A stretch of DNA of 33,498 nucleotides from Candidatus Jorgensenbacteria bacterium CG03_land_8_20_14_0_80_38_39 (lineage in GTDB: Bacteria; Patescibacteriota; Minisyncoccia; UBA6257; GWB1-50-10): the NCBI GenBank assembly GCA_002781185.1, contig PEUU01000011.1, positions 1 to 33,498 of the forward strand, in the 5' to 3' direction. Made by a program: the position numbers and the translations under genes. The notes beneath the pieces are model-generated. The model had not been told where the DNA came from. It saw only the letters and a program-made list of their open reading frames with translations, and did not search any database. Within the stretch, counting starts at the first letter, position 1, and each line of letters opens with the position of its first letter. Positions 1 through 7,871 of the stretch are shown here, in pieces.

Positions 1-55
1 TGGAAAGACCGTATACCGCAAGGTATCGCGAGTTCGAATCTCGCCCCTTCCGCCA
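1..55 (+). tRNA. tRNA-Ser(GGA), 5'-truncated by window edge
   Basis: Anticodon loop tGGAaa, long variable arm (ATACC-GCAA-GGTAT), T-arm GCGAG-TTCGAAT-CTCGC, discriminator G and encoded CCA ending at 55. Confidence 0.92.
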
Positions 56-80
56 ATTTATACACGACGAGTTTTCTGTT

Positions 81-123
81 TCGTCCCGCCTCTGGCGGGG
101 CGAGGCAATCCCGCTTAGCGGGA
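81..123. repeat. Two GC-rich hairpins downstream of tRNA (REP-like or terminator)
   Basis: TCGTCCCGCC-TCT-GGCGGGGCGA and TCCCGC-TTA-GCGGGA. Confidence 0.6.
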
Positions 124-241
124 CCCAAAATCCTAATTCTGAAAAATGGCGGTGCCTTTGGCGGAAATGGTTGTTTAGCTATGAGGATAAAATTATTGTA
201 TAATTAAACAAAGGTCGAGTAATTAAAACTTGGGTTGTTTT

Positions 242-1018
242 ATGAAAAAGATTGCTGTTTCTTTAATTGTTTTGGCAATGATGGCATTTGGGACAGTTGG
301 TTTATTAGCGGCGCAGAAGCCGACTATTTTGCCTGTTAAGCCTGGACAGAATATTTTAGATGAGGTTAAGCAAAAAGCCGGAATGACAAAAGAGGAATTT
401 GGGGCTAAAAGAGCAGAATTAAAAAATTTAATGGAACAGAAACAGACCGAATTGCGCAGTCAGATTGAAACCAAGAGAGAACAGTTGAAATCTCAAATTG
501 AGGCCAAAAGAGCAGAATTAAAAACTCGTTTGGCAAAAATTAAAGATGAGAATAAAAGGCAGATTGTTGAAAGAATTCATAATCAGGTTATTGAGTTGAA
601 TAAACGAATGACCGACCACTTTTTAAATGTTCTGGAAAAATTAGAGAAAATTTTGGAAAGAATTTCCAGCCGGACTGCTAAAGCTGAAGCCAATGGCCAA
701 GATATTAACGCGGTAAAAGCCGCGATTACTGAAGCCACTAATGCTATTGTTGCTAGCAGGACCGCGATTCAGAACCAAGCCACTAAAATCTATGTGCCAA
801 CTATTAATACTGAAAATACCTTAAAGACCGATGTGGGGAAAATTCGACAAGCGCTTTATAATGATTTAATGGCGGTTCAAAAAACCGTCAAAGCTGTTCA
901 AGAGGCAGTTAGAAAAGCGGCGACGACTTTGGCTCAGATTCCGAAAGTTGATGAATTAGAAATTGCCACTTCAACAGCGCCGGCCTCAGAAGGAACAACG
1001 ACCCAGCCAATCCAATAA
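242..1018 (+). CDS. Secreted coiled-coil protein, function unknown
   Basis: ATG at 242 gives a signal-peptide-like start (MKKIAVSLIVLAMMAF...), followed by a long helical K/E/Q-rich body; TATAAT at 199-204. Confidence 0.8.
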   Translation: MKKIAVSLIVLAMMAFGTVGLLAAQKPTILPVKPGQNILDEVKQKAGMTKEEFGAKRAELKNLMEQKQTELRSQIETKREQLKSQIEAKRAELKTRLAKIKDENKRQIVERIHNQVIELNKRMTDHFLNVLEKLEKILERISSRTAKAEANGQDINAVKAAITEATNAIVASRTAIQNQATKIYVPTINTENTLKTDVGKIRQALYNDLMAVQKTVKAVQEAVRKAATTLAQIPKVDELEIATSTAPASEGTTTQPIQ

Positions 1019-1024
1019 TAAAAT

Positions 1025-1345
1025 ATGGATCAAAACATTGAACCAAAAATTGAACCAGAGAAAAAAATTAATACAAAAAATATCATTATTTCAGTTATTG
1101 TTGGCCTGATAGTTATTTTGATTCTTTTGGGCATTTGGTATTGGTTGAGTCAGAGGAGTGTTGCTCCGGTCGTAGCGCCAATTTTTCAGCCAACGAAAAC
1201 ACCAGTCCAGCCGCCAGCGGCTGTTCAGCCAATTTCACCAAAAGAGGATTCTGTTTCCGCGATTAATCAGGAATTGAATAGTATTGATACTGGTAATTTA
1301 GACCAAGAATTTCAAGCCATTAATGCTGATTTGAATTCTCTGTAA
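1025..1345 (+). CDS. Small single-pass membrane protein
   Basis: One hydrophobic helix, Pro-rich linker, acidic C-terminal helix; 6 bp after the upstream stop. Confidence 0.8.
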   Translation: MDQNIEPKIEPEKKINTKNIIISVIVGLIVILILLGIWYWLSQRSVAPVVAPIFQPTKTPVQPPAAVQPISPKEDSVSAINQELNSIDTGNLDQEFQAINADLNSL

Positions 1346-1367
1346 ACGGCATTGCGATTGTGAAAAA

Positions 1368-1398
1368 TAGAAAAGCCCCAGGAATTGGGGCTTTTCTA
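1368..1398. terminator. Intrinsic terminator (possibly bidirectional)
   Basis: TAGAAAAGCCCCA-GGAAT-TGGGGCTTTTCTA 13-bp stem just after the 1345 stop. Confidence 0.75.
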
Positions 1399-1455
1399 AA
1401 ACCGGTTTTTGATATACGCTTGTTTATGAAGGGATGATAATAAATAAAGATAATT

Positions 1456-2013
1456 ATGCGAAAATTAAAACCCGTTAGAAGTAATCCAGCCGAGGTGAAT
1501 GCCGGTCTACAAGCAGACCGGACTTCTAACGGGTTAAATCGGGAAGAATTTGAGAAAATTGTCGTGGAAGGAATAGAAGCGATTCCGAAAAAGTTTTTGC
1601 GGAAATTGGATAATGTGGCGATTGTTATTGAGGATAAACCGACGCCAGTCCAAAAAAAGAAACTAAACCCCTACACCAATACCATTGGTGTGGGGGTAAA
1701 CATTCATCCGGGCTGGACGCTTTTCGGTTTATACGAAGGCGTGCCGCAGTTGGAACGGGGAGCGAACTACAGCGCGGCGCTTTCAGACAAAATAACTATC
1801 TTCCAAAAGCCGATTGAGGAAGAAGCGGCTAATGAAAAAGATTTGAAAGAAATAGTAAAAAATACCATCTGGCACGAAATTGCCCACCATTTCGGGATGG
1901 ACGAAGCCCGGGTGCGTCAGGCCGAAATCAAAAGGCGGAAAATTTTGCGGCAACGGGAGAAAATCATCCACCGCGACCCGAAGGAGACTGAGGTAAAATC
2001 CATTGTTTTCTGA
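1456..2013 (+). CDS. Zincin-like metallopeptidase (Zincin_1/DUF1025 type) carrying two in-frame palindromic insertions
   Basis: LFGLYEGVP, DKITIFQKPI and HEIAHHFG (HExxH) motifs. Confidence 0.88.
   Translation: MRKLKPVRSNPAEVNAGLQADRTSNGLNREEFEKIVVEGIEAIPKKFLRKLDNVAIVIEDKPTPVQKKKLNPYTNTIGVGVNIHPGWTLFGLYEGVPQLERGANYSAALSDKITIFQKPIEEEAANEKDLKEIVKNTIWHEIAHHFGMDEARVRQAEIKRRKILRQREKIIHRDPKETEVKSIVF
1470..1534. mobile_element. 65-bp palindromic mini-element flanked by TAAA
   Basis: Perfect 13-bp terminal inverted repeats ACCCGTTAGAAGT/ACTTCTAACGGGT; TAAA at 1466-69 and 1535-38; inner hairpin CCGGTCT/AGACCGG. Confidence 0.75.
1668..1696. mobile_element. 29-bp palindromic mini-element flanked by TAAA
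   Basis: CCCCTACACCAAT-ACC-ATTGGTGTGGGGG; TAAA at 1664-67 and 1697-1700. Confidence 0.72.
1971..1987 (+). repeat. Dispersed direct repeat A, copy 1 (CCGCGACCCGAAGGAGA)
   Basis: Identical 17-mer at 1971, 3227 and 5435. Confidence 0.9.
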
Positions 2014-2051
2014 TATAATCATTTAAAGGTTGCCTAATAAAAAATATCAAT

Positions 2052-2603
2052 ATGGGAAATAATAAAATTCTTTACGTTGTCATTGTGCTCTTAATTGCTG
2101 TGATTGTCGGCGGTGGAATCTATTTTATTTTGAATAAACAAGGGGCAAAAACAGAACCTACAAGTCAGCCGCCAACAGCTCCTGCTCCACAGCCGCCAGT
2201 TGCCGGTCAAACGCCGGTCGCGCCAATAAACCAAACCCTTTCAGAGCAACCGAATCAGGCAAAATTTAACGAGTATCTGACTAAAGCCAACTTGGGGAAA
2301 CTTCCGGCAAACGAGAAATTTAATCCTTTTAAAGTCGTAGCGACAACGGTGTTTACGAGCGCTGACCAATTCTGTACCTCGCTGGAGATAAAAAAGACAA
2401 TACCTTCTGGTAGTTTTAGCGTGGCTATCTATGATACTGTTAAAAAAGATTATCTTCAGTCTAAAACTGTTTTTCCGGTAGAGTTGAAAAAAGGAGGTAG
2501 TACTGGTTGTAGCGGCGTCGTAGATCAACCGGCGGGAAAATACGAATACAAAATTTACATTGACGATGTTTTGGCTGTAGTTTTGCCGTACGAGATAAAA
2601 TAG
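2052..2603 (+). CDS. Membrane-anchored hypothetical protein
   Basis: N-terminal TM helix, Pro/Gln linker, beta-rich C-terminal domain with 2 Cys; TGaTATAAT at 2011-19. Confidence 0.8.
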   Translation: MGNNKILYVVIVLLIAVIVGGGIYFILNKQGAKTEPTSQPPTAPAPQPPVAGQTPVAPINQTLSEQPNQAKFNEYLTKANLGKLPANEKFNPFKVVATTVFTSADQFCTSLEIKKTIPSGSFSVAIYDTVKKDYLQSKTVFPVELKKGGSTGCSGVVDQPAGKYEYKIYIDDVLAVVLPYEIK

Positions 2604-2650
2604 CAACAAGACCAGGTTCTTTAAACCCGTCTCTCTGTGTTTAGGAATTC

Positions 2651-2680
2651 AAACAGCCGCGCCAAATCGGCTGTTTTTTG
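2651..2680 (+). terminator. Intrinsic terminator
   Basis: AAACAGCCG/CGGCTGTTT stem followed by a T run. Confidence 0.7.
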
Positions 2681-2775
2681 CGGAAAAATTTCGATTGGTT
2701 AACTTTGGCGGGATTTTTATTCGTCAAAGCCGTTAAAAAAAGATAATGGAGGTATAAAATGTGGGGTTGATATAT

Positions 2776-2800
2776 GTCAACCATTGACTTATTGGTTGAC
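2776..2800. promoter_or_regulatory. Palindrome GTCAAC-N13-GTTGAC, upstream copy
   Basis: GTCAACCATTGACTTATTGGTTGAC; a twin of the same length lies at 3090-3114. Confidence 0.65.
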
Positions 2801-2829
2801 GAAAATTATCATTTAAATATATTAAATGT

Positions 2830-3084
2830 ATGGATAAAAAGTTTCTTTCTACAACTGAGGTGGCGTTGCTCTTGGGCATCAGCCGGCAGGCAGTTTTCAA
2901 AAAAATAAAGTCCGGCCAAATTAAAGCCCGAAAATCTGGCCGCCATTTTGCAATTAGCAGAAAAGATTTGGCCGAAACCTTAAGCGGTACCATAGCCAAG
3001 GCCATGAAAAAGGAAATGGAAAGAGCTGCTTTGAGGGTGGTAGAAAAATATAGCGATATCGTAAAATCATTAGGAGAAGAATAA
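2830..3084 (+). CDS. Excisionase-type (HTH_17) small DNA-binding protein
   Basis: FLSTTEVALLLGISRQAVFKKIKSGQIKARKSGRHFAI fits the MerR/Xis-like winged HTH pattern. Confidence 0.85.
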   Translation: MDKKFLSTTEVALLLGISRQAVFKKIKSGQIKARKSGRHFAISRKDLAETLSGTIAKAMKKEMERAALRVVEKYSDIVKSLGEE

Positions 3085-3089
3085 CTCTC

Positions 3090-3114
3090 GTCAACTATTT
3101 TAAATTTGGTTGAC
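3090..3114. promoter_or_regulatory. Palindrome GTCAAC-N13-GTTGAC, downstream copy
   Basis: GTCAACTATTTTAAATTTGGTTGAC, 5 bp after the HTH stop. Confidence 0.65.
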
Positions 3115-3226
3115 AAGAAAAAAACAAGGGAGAGAAGAAAAATAGATTAAATAGTTATGACGAAAATCAAAGATTTACTATCCCACCGGAAAGTGAAACA
3201 ATGGATGGAAATAAATCGGCTACCCC

Positions 3227-3247
3227 CCGCGACCCGAAGGAGATTTT
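3227..3247 (+). repeat. Dispersed direct repeat A, copy 2
   Basis: CCGCGACCCGAAGGAGATTTT, 21 bp identical to copy 3. Confidence 0.9.
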
Positions 3248-3357
3248 GAAGGGGATTCAAATAAAAAATGAAAAAATCGGCTAATTTCTTTATTTTTTGG
3301 CTATTTTCCTCAGCCTTTGGGTTGAGGATTTTTTGTGGTAGGATTATAATATAGAAT

Positions 3358-4578
3358 ATGCCAATTACAAAAATAGCCACATTCGTAGCACCACAAATTA
3401 AAATCTCTAAACCCTTTGAAACATCTCTTAATGGCGTTGATTTATCTTTTGCAAATATTAAGGAATACGAACGAACAAAACATGTTCACAGATTACATCC
3501 TTATCTTGGGAAATTTATTCCTCAATTGGTAGAAGTATTTTTACGCAGTTATTTTAAAAAAGGCGATTCAATTCTTGACCCCTTTATGGGGTCGGGGACA
3601 ACTTTAATTGAGGCAAATGTGTTGGGCATGCATTCTGCCGGCGTTGAAATTTCGCTATTTAATTGTTTAATAGCTGATATTAAAACCAAAAAATATGATA
3701 TACCCTTAGTTGAAAAAGAAATAAAAGATATTCTTTTTAAGACAAAGGAATATAGTAATTGGTTGGCACAGGGGCAAAAACAGGCCACTTTTTTGCAAAA
3801 ATCTTTTAAAAAATATAAAACTGACAGCGAATATCTTAATAAATGGTTATCAAACAGAGCCTTACAGGAAATATTATTTTATAATGGTCAGATTGAAAAT
3901 TATCAGAATCAAGACATTCTTAAAATTATTTTAAGTCGGGCAACAAGGAGTGCTCGTTTAATACCGCATTATGATCTGGCTAGACCATCAAAGCCGGTTC
4001 GCGGGAAATATTATTGCATAAAACACAGACGGTACTGCGAGCCAATTAATGAAGCAATAAAATTTATAAATAGATATAGTTGGGATACCATCAGAAGAAT
4101 TAAAGAATTTGAAAACATAAGGACAAATGCTCATATAAAAATAATTCAGGGAGATTCGAGAGAGATTGATTTTAACAGGATCGAAGGGTACAAAGGCGGG
4201 AAATTTGATGGGATTTTTACCTCACCGCCGTATGTTGGCCTGATAGATTATCACGACCAACATCGCTATGCTTACGAACTTTTTGGATTTAATGACAACG
4301 GCCTTAAAGAAATCGGCCCAGCTTCAAGAGGTAGAAGTCGTGAAGCCAAAAAAGAATATAAAAATGACATTATTGCCGTATTTCAAAATATGAACCGGTT
4401 TTTAAAACCGAAAGCAAAAATTTTTGTTGTAGTTAACGATAGAGATAATCTTTATCCGGAAGTTGCCTCAGCCTGCGGTTATGAAATTGAAAAAGTTTTT
4501 CACAGGCCCGTTTTAATGAGAACAGAACGTGATAACACGCGTTTTTCAGAAAGTATTTATTATTTTATAAAACGATAA
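3358..4578 (+). CDS. Type II amino-DNA methyltransferase (probably m4C)
   Basis: SAM-binding DPFMGSGTT and catalytic TSPPY motifs; adjacent to an endonuclease gene. Confidence 0.92.
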   Translation: MPITKIATFVAPQIKISKPFETSLNGVDLSFANIKEYERTKHVHRLHPYLGKFIPQLVEVFLRSYFKKGDSILDPFMGSGTTLIEANVLGMHSAGVEISLFNCLIADIKTKKYDIPLVEKEIKDILFKTKEYSNWLAQGQKQATFLQKSFKKYKTDSEYLNKWLSNRALQEILFYNGQIENYQNQDILKIILSRATRSARLIPHYDLARPSKPVRGKYYCIKHRRYCEPINEAIKFINRYSWDTIRRIKEFENIRTNAHIKIIQGDSREIDFNRIEGYKGGKFDGIFTSPPYVGLIDYHDQHRYAYELFGFNDNGLKEIGPASRGRSREAKKEYKNDIIAVFQNMNRFLKPKAKIFVVVNDRDNLYPEVASACGYEIEKVFHRPVLMRTERDNTRFSESIYYFIKR

Positions 4579-4579
4579 T

Positions 4580-5362
4580 ATGGCATTATCTTTAAAAACA
4601 AAAAATGAAATTAGCCAGCTCCTTATCGAAGCAGTTGAGAATAAATTAAAAGAGTACAAACCAGAAACTGCTTATGCTCCTTTTCACCATCGATTACTTG
4701 GTAAAGACAGATATGCCATGTTTTCTTTTATTCAATCAATGAATACTACTTTCGGAATGTCTATTTGGGAGCAGGTTGCAGTGATATTATCCAGGGGAGC
4801 TAATTATAAAGCCGATAGACAATATAAATTACTCGGTGAAATAGATAATGATACTGACGCATTTATTAGAGATACTCATCATAAATTAAGAGAAGGGAAA
4901 ATAACGGTCAATAAAGAAAAAGAAATTGAGCAAATTAGAAAAAGAATAAAGAAAGGCAAAGCAAATGAAGATCCCGATTCAATTGTGGATTTATTTATAA
5001 ATATTAAAGGCGTAGAGAATTACTTCGATATTACCAGTGTTAAATCCAACATAAAAGAATTTGTCGCATTGAAGCTTAAATTACTAAGATGGACTGCATT
5101 AAGATTGAGTCAAGATAATAATGCCACTGTCTTTACTAGACTTGCAATAGCATATAACCCTTATTATCCCGAACCATATGAACGTTGGACATTAAAAGGA
5201 TTATATGACTTAGCAAGAGGAGAAATTTTGGTAGGCGAGGAATTTTGGAATTTTGTTGCTGGCGATGATATTTATAAAGATTTGCTTGATGTTTTTCAGG
5301 AAGCGGGTGAAAAATTAAGGCCGAAAATTGATAAAAGATTTACCAAGTTCAGAAAAGTTTAG
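4580..5362 (+). CDS. Type II restriction endonuclease, TdeIII-like family
   Basis: PFHHRLLG...FSFIQSMNTTFG and IAYNPY segments recalled as typical of RE_TdeIII; starts 1 bp after the methyltransferase stop. Confidence 0.8.
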   Translation: MALSLKTKNEISQLLIEAVENKLKEYKPETAYAPFHHRLLGKDRYAMFSFIQSMNTTFGMSIWEQVAVILSRGANYKADRQYKLLGEIDNDTDAFIRDTHHKLREGKITVNKEKEIEQIRKRIKKGKANEDPDSIVDLFINIKGVENYFDITSVKSNIKEFVALKLKLLRWTALRLSQDNNATVFTRLAIAYNPYYPEPYERWTLKGLYDLARGEILVGEEFWNFVAGDDIYKDLLDVFQEAGEKLRPKIDKRFTKFRKV

Positions 5363-5434
5363 TTTTTTATTTTTAAAATTTCTCCGCAGACTGCCGGAGG
5401 AAATAAAAATTGTGAAAGATAAAAAAACCACCCT

Positions 5435-5455
5435 CCGCGACCCGAAGGAGATTTT
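5435..5455 (+). repeat. Dispersed direct repeat A, copy 3
   Basis: CCGCGACCCGAAGGAGATTTT. Confidence 0.9.
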
Positions 5456-5479
5456 ATAAATTTCAAAATATTTTAAAAA

Positions 5480-5842
5480 ATGACTAATACTATCAAAGAT
5501 GGTCCATTTTGTGTAGATTGTAGAGCAAGAAAAGAATCTAGATTTTGTGTGAATTGTCAAAAGGAGACATCTAATTTATTTCAAGTTCAGATAATAGAGA
5601 CCATGAGGGCCCGAGAATCTATTGGAATAAAACAAAAGCGCCAAGGGTTTAAAGGTTTTATTAAGAAAATTTTTCAAGGATTTAAACCAAGTGGCGATCC
5701 ACAACTATCCCAAGGCGTTGATGTTCAAATGATAGTTGATAAAGAAAAAAATGAATATCACCACATAGTTAAAAATAATTTAACAGGTAAAATATTACAC
5801 GAAGAACACGAAAAGCTGACCGAACATAAACCTAAAAAATAG
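5480..5842 (+). CDS. Hypothetical basic protein with N-terminal zinc ribbon
   Basis: CVDC...CVNC motif; His-rich C-terminus. Confidence 0.7.
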   Translation: MTNTIKDGPFCVDCRARKESRFCVNCQKETSNLFQVQIIETMRARESIGIKQKRQGFKGFIKKIFQGFKPSGDPQLSQGVDVQMIVDKEKNEYHHIVKNNLTGKILHEEHEKLTEHKPKK

Positions 5843-5850
5843 AAACTACG

Positions 5851-5880
5851 ACTTAGCCAACAAAAAATTAGGCCGATAAA
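5851..5880 (+). repeat. Dispersed direct repeat B, copy 1 (GCCAmCAAAAAATTAGGC)
   Basis: Matches copies at 6252-6281 and 8850-8884. Confidence 0.88.
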
Positions 5881-5882
5881 TA

Positions 5883-5916
5883 AACATTCCAACATTCTAT
5901 AGAATGTTAGAATGTT
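5883..5916. repeat. Palindrome P, copy 1 (ACATTCTAACATTCTA|TAGAATGTTAGAATGT type)
   Basis: 34-bp near-perfect palindrome; further copies at 6209-6239 and 7825-7856. Confidence 0.92.
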
Positions 5917-5951
5917 GTAATATGATACGGAAAGGATTATAATTTTTTAAC

Positions 5952-6218
5952 GTGAAAACACCAAAACAGTTAGAACGATATTTTAAGGGTGCGGCAAATC
6001 ATTGGCGAATCGCCATTTTACTTGCCGTTGAGAAAAACGAAGGAATCACAGTAGAAGGGATTGCCGAGGAACTTGATGCCGACTTTAAAAATATTTCTCA
6101 GCACACTCGCCGACTGGTTCAAGCCGGTCTTTTGAATAAAAAGTACCGAGGCCGCCAGGTAGCCCACTCTCTTTCACCCTACGGCAAATCCTTCCTCAGG
6201 TTCATGAGAACATTCTAA
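5952..6218 (+). CDS. ArsR-like winged-helix transcriptional regulator
   Basis: FKGAANHWRIAILL...TVEGIAEEL...NISQHTRRLVQAGLL pattern; GTG start; TATAAT at 5938-43. Confidence 0.85.
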   Translation: MKTPKQLERYFKGAANHWRIAILLAVEKNEGITVEGIAEELDADFKNISQHTRRLVQAGLLNKKYRGRQVAHSLSPYGKSFLRFMRTF

Positions 6219-6239
6219 CATTCTATAGAATGTTAGAAT
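6209..6239. repeat. Palindrome P, copy 2 (contains the ArsR stop codon)
   Basis: AACATTCTAACATTCTATAGAATGTTAGAAT; TAA at 6216-18. Confidence 0.92.
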
Positions 6240-6251
6240 ATATATGAGGTG

Positions 6252-6281
6252 GCCAACAAAAAATTAGGCGAATAAATTTAT
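6252..6281 (+). repeat. Dispersed direct repeat B, copy 2
   Basis: GCCAACAAAAAATTAGGCGAATAAATTTAT. Confidence 0.88.
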
Positions 6282-6290
6282 GACTATTTT

Positions 6291-7796
6291 ATGACTCAGG
6301 AAGAAGCATTAGAAATATTGAAAGCCGGGCACAATGTGTATTTGACCGGAGCAGCGGGAACAGGGAAAACATATTTGCTTAACGAGTATATCCAATTTTT
6401 AAAAGCAGAAAAAATCGGCGTGGCTGTAACCGCTTCTACCGGCATTGCTGCAACTCATCTGGCTGGACTTACGATTCATTCTTGGGCAGGGATCGGAGTT
6501 GAACGTTTTGCCTCGGACGTGGATATAAAAATGATGGCTGCTAATCGCAGAGTGGCTAAGCGATTTGCAGAAACCGATGTGCTTATTATCGATGAAATTT
6601 CCATGCTTGACGCCGACCGCCTAAATTTAGTTGAAAGGGTAGCGAGGATAGCTAAAGGAAATTGGAAACCTTTTGGCGGGATACAAATAGTGCTCTGCGG
6701 AGATTTTTTTCAACTTCCACCGGTGGCTAAGGAAGGCGAGCCTCCGCCGCGGTTTGCCTATCATTCCTCGGCTTGGAAAGAATTAGATTTAAAAATTTGT
6801 TATTTACATGAACAGTATCGGCAAGGGGACCAAAAATTTTTCAATATTCTCAATGCAATTAGGCAAGCCAGAGTAGATAATTTTGTGATATCAAACCTTC
6901 AGGCGCGACGGAATGCAAAACTCGCCAATAAGGAAGTCACCAAACTTTACTCGCACAATGTGGATGTGGATGCAGAGAATATCAAAGAACTTAACCGACT
7001 TCCCGGAAAAGAAATGCATTATAAAATGGAAGCATCAGGCGTTCCCGCAATTGTAAAATTACTTAAAGGCGGATGTCTGGCGCCGGAAATTTTAACGGTT
7101 AAAAAAGGCGCTAAAGTAATGTTTGTAAAAAATAATTTTGAGAAGGGATATGTGAATGGAACACTCGGCAGCGTAGTCGGTTTTAATGATTGGGGATATC
7201 CAATAGTCGCTACCTTTAATGGCCAAGAGATTAGCGCTTCGCCGGAGACATGGAATGTTGAGGAAAACGGCAAGGTGCTTGCCAAAATTACCCAAGTCCC
7301 TTTGAGACTTGCCTGGGCTATTACTATTCACAAAAGCCAGGGGATGACGCTTGACGCGGCAGAAATCAATCTCGCGGAGGCGTTTGAAAAAGGCATGGGA
7401 TATGTGGCTCTTTCGCGGGTCCGCTCCCTTAATGGCATAAAATTGATTGACTTTAATGAAATGGCGTTGCAAGTGCATCCGGAAATTTTAGCCTACGATA
7501 AAGAATTGCAACAGCGTTCAGAGGAAGCGAGACTAAAGTTTTATTCTTTACCAAGTAAGTACAAAAAATTCAAAACAGAAGGAAATGTAAAGGCCTACTC
7601 TGTGAATGAAATCAGAAAATTCTACCCAGCGGCTTATCAGAAATGGTCCTTAGAAGAAGAGAGAAATCTTGTTGATAGTTTTAAAGAAGGTGCGAAGATA
7701 AAAGTAATTGCTAAGAATCTGGGGAGAAAAAGCGGCGCTATCCGCTCGCGTCTAAAAAAGTTGGGATTAATAAAAAATCAGCGGTTCGAAAAATAA
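6291..7796 (+). CDS. Pif1-family SF1B DNA helicase with C-terminal HTH/Myb-like domain
   Basis: GAAGTGKT, TIHSWAGIG, IIDEISM, GDFFQLPPV, AWAITIHKSQGMTL and YVALSRVR motifs. Confidence 0.92.
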   Translation: MTQEEALEILKAGHNVYLTGAAGTGKTYLLNEYIQFLKAEKIGVAVTASTGIAATHLAGLTIHSWAGIGVERFASDVDIKMMAANRRVAKRFAETDVLIIDEISMLDADRLNLVERVARIAKGNWKPFGGIQIVLCGDFFQLPPVAKEGEPPPRFAYHSSAWKELDLKICYLHEQYRQGDQKFFNILNAIRQARVDNFVISNLQARRNAKLANKEVTKLYSHNVDVDAENIKELNRLPGKEMHYKMEASGVPAIVKLLKGGCLAPEILTVKKGAKVMFVKNNFEKGYVNGTLGSVVGFNDWGYPIVATFNGQEISASPETWNVEENGKVLAKITQVPLRLAWAITIHKSQGMTLDAAEINLAEAFEKGMGYVALSRVRSLNGIKLIDFNEMALQVHPEILAYDKELQQRSEEARLKFYSLPSKYKKFKTEGNVKAYSVNEIRKFYPAAYQKWSLEEERNLVDSFKEGAKIKVIAKNLGRKSGAIRSRLKKLGLIKNQRFEK

Positions 7797-7824
7797 AACA
7801 TCTAACACCTTTAATATTTAATAA

Positions 7825-7856
7825 ACATTCTAACATTCTATAGAATGTTAGAATGT
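7825..7856. repeat. Palindrome P, copy 3
   Basis: Perfect 32-bp palindrome ACATTCTAACATTCTATAGAATGTTAGAATGT. Confidence 0.92.
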
Positions 7857-7871
7857 CATTGTAAGAAAATT

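Noticed and set aside
3157-3249. 30-codon ORF MTKIKDLLSHRKVKQWMEINRLPPATRRRF as an R-M controller or toxin
   Set aside because: No recognisable motif, and it ends inside repeat A; cannot be supported.
3408-3440. Third in-frame mini-element in the methyltransferase N-terminus (KPFETSLNGV)
   Set aside because: Starts TAAACCC and loosely echoes the 1470 element, but the arms barely pair and there is no right-hand TAAA.
5883-7856. Canonical integron attC sites
   Set aside because: Palindrome P is about 32 bp, near-perfect with no extrahelical bases, below attC size; no intI seen.
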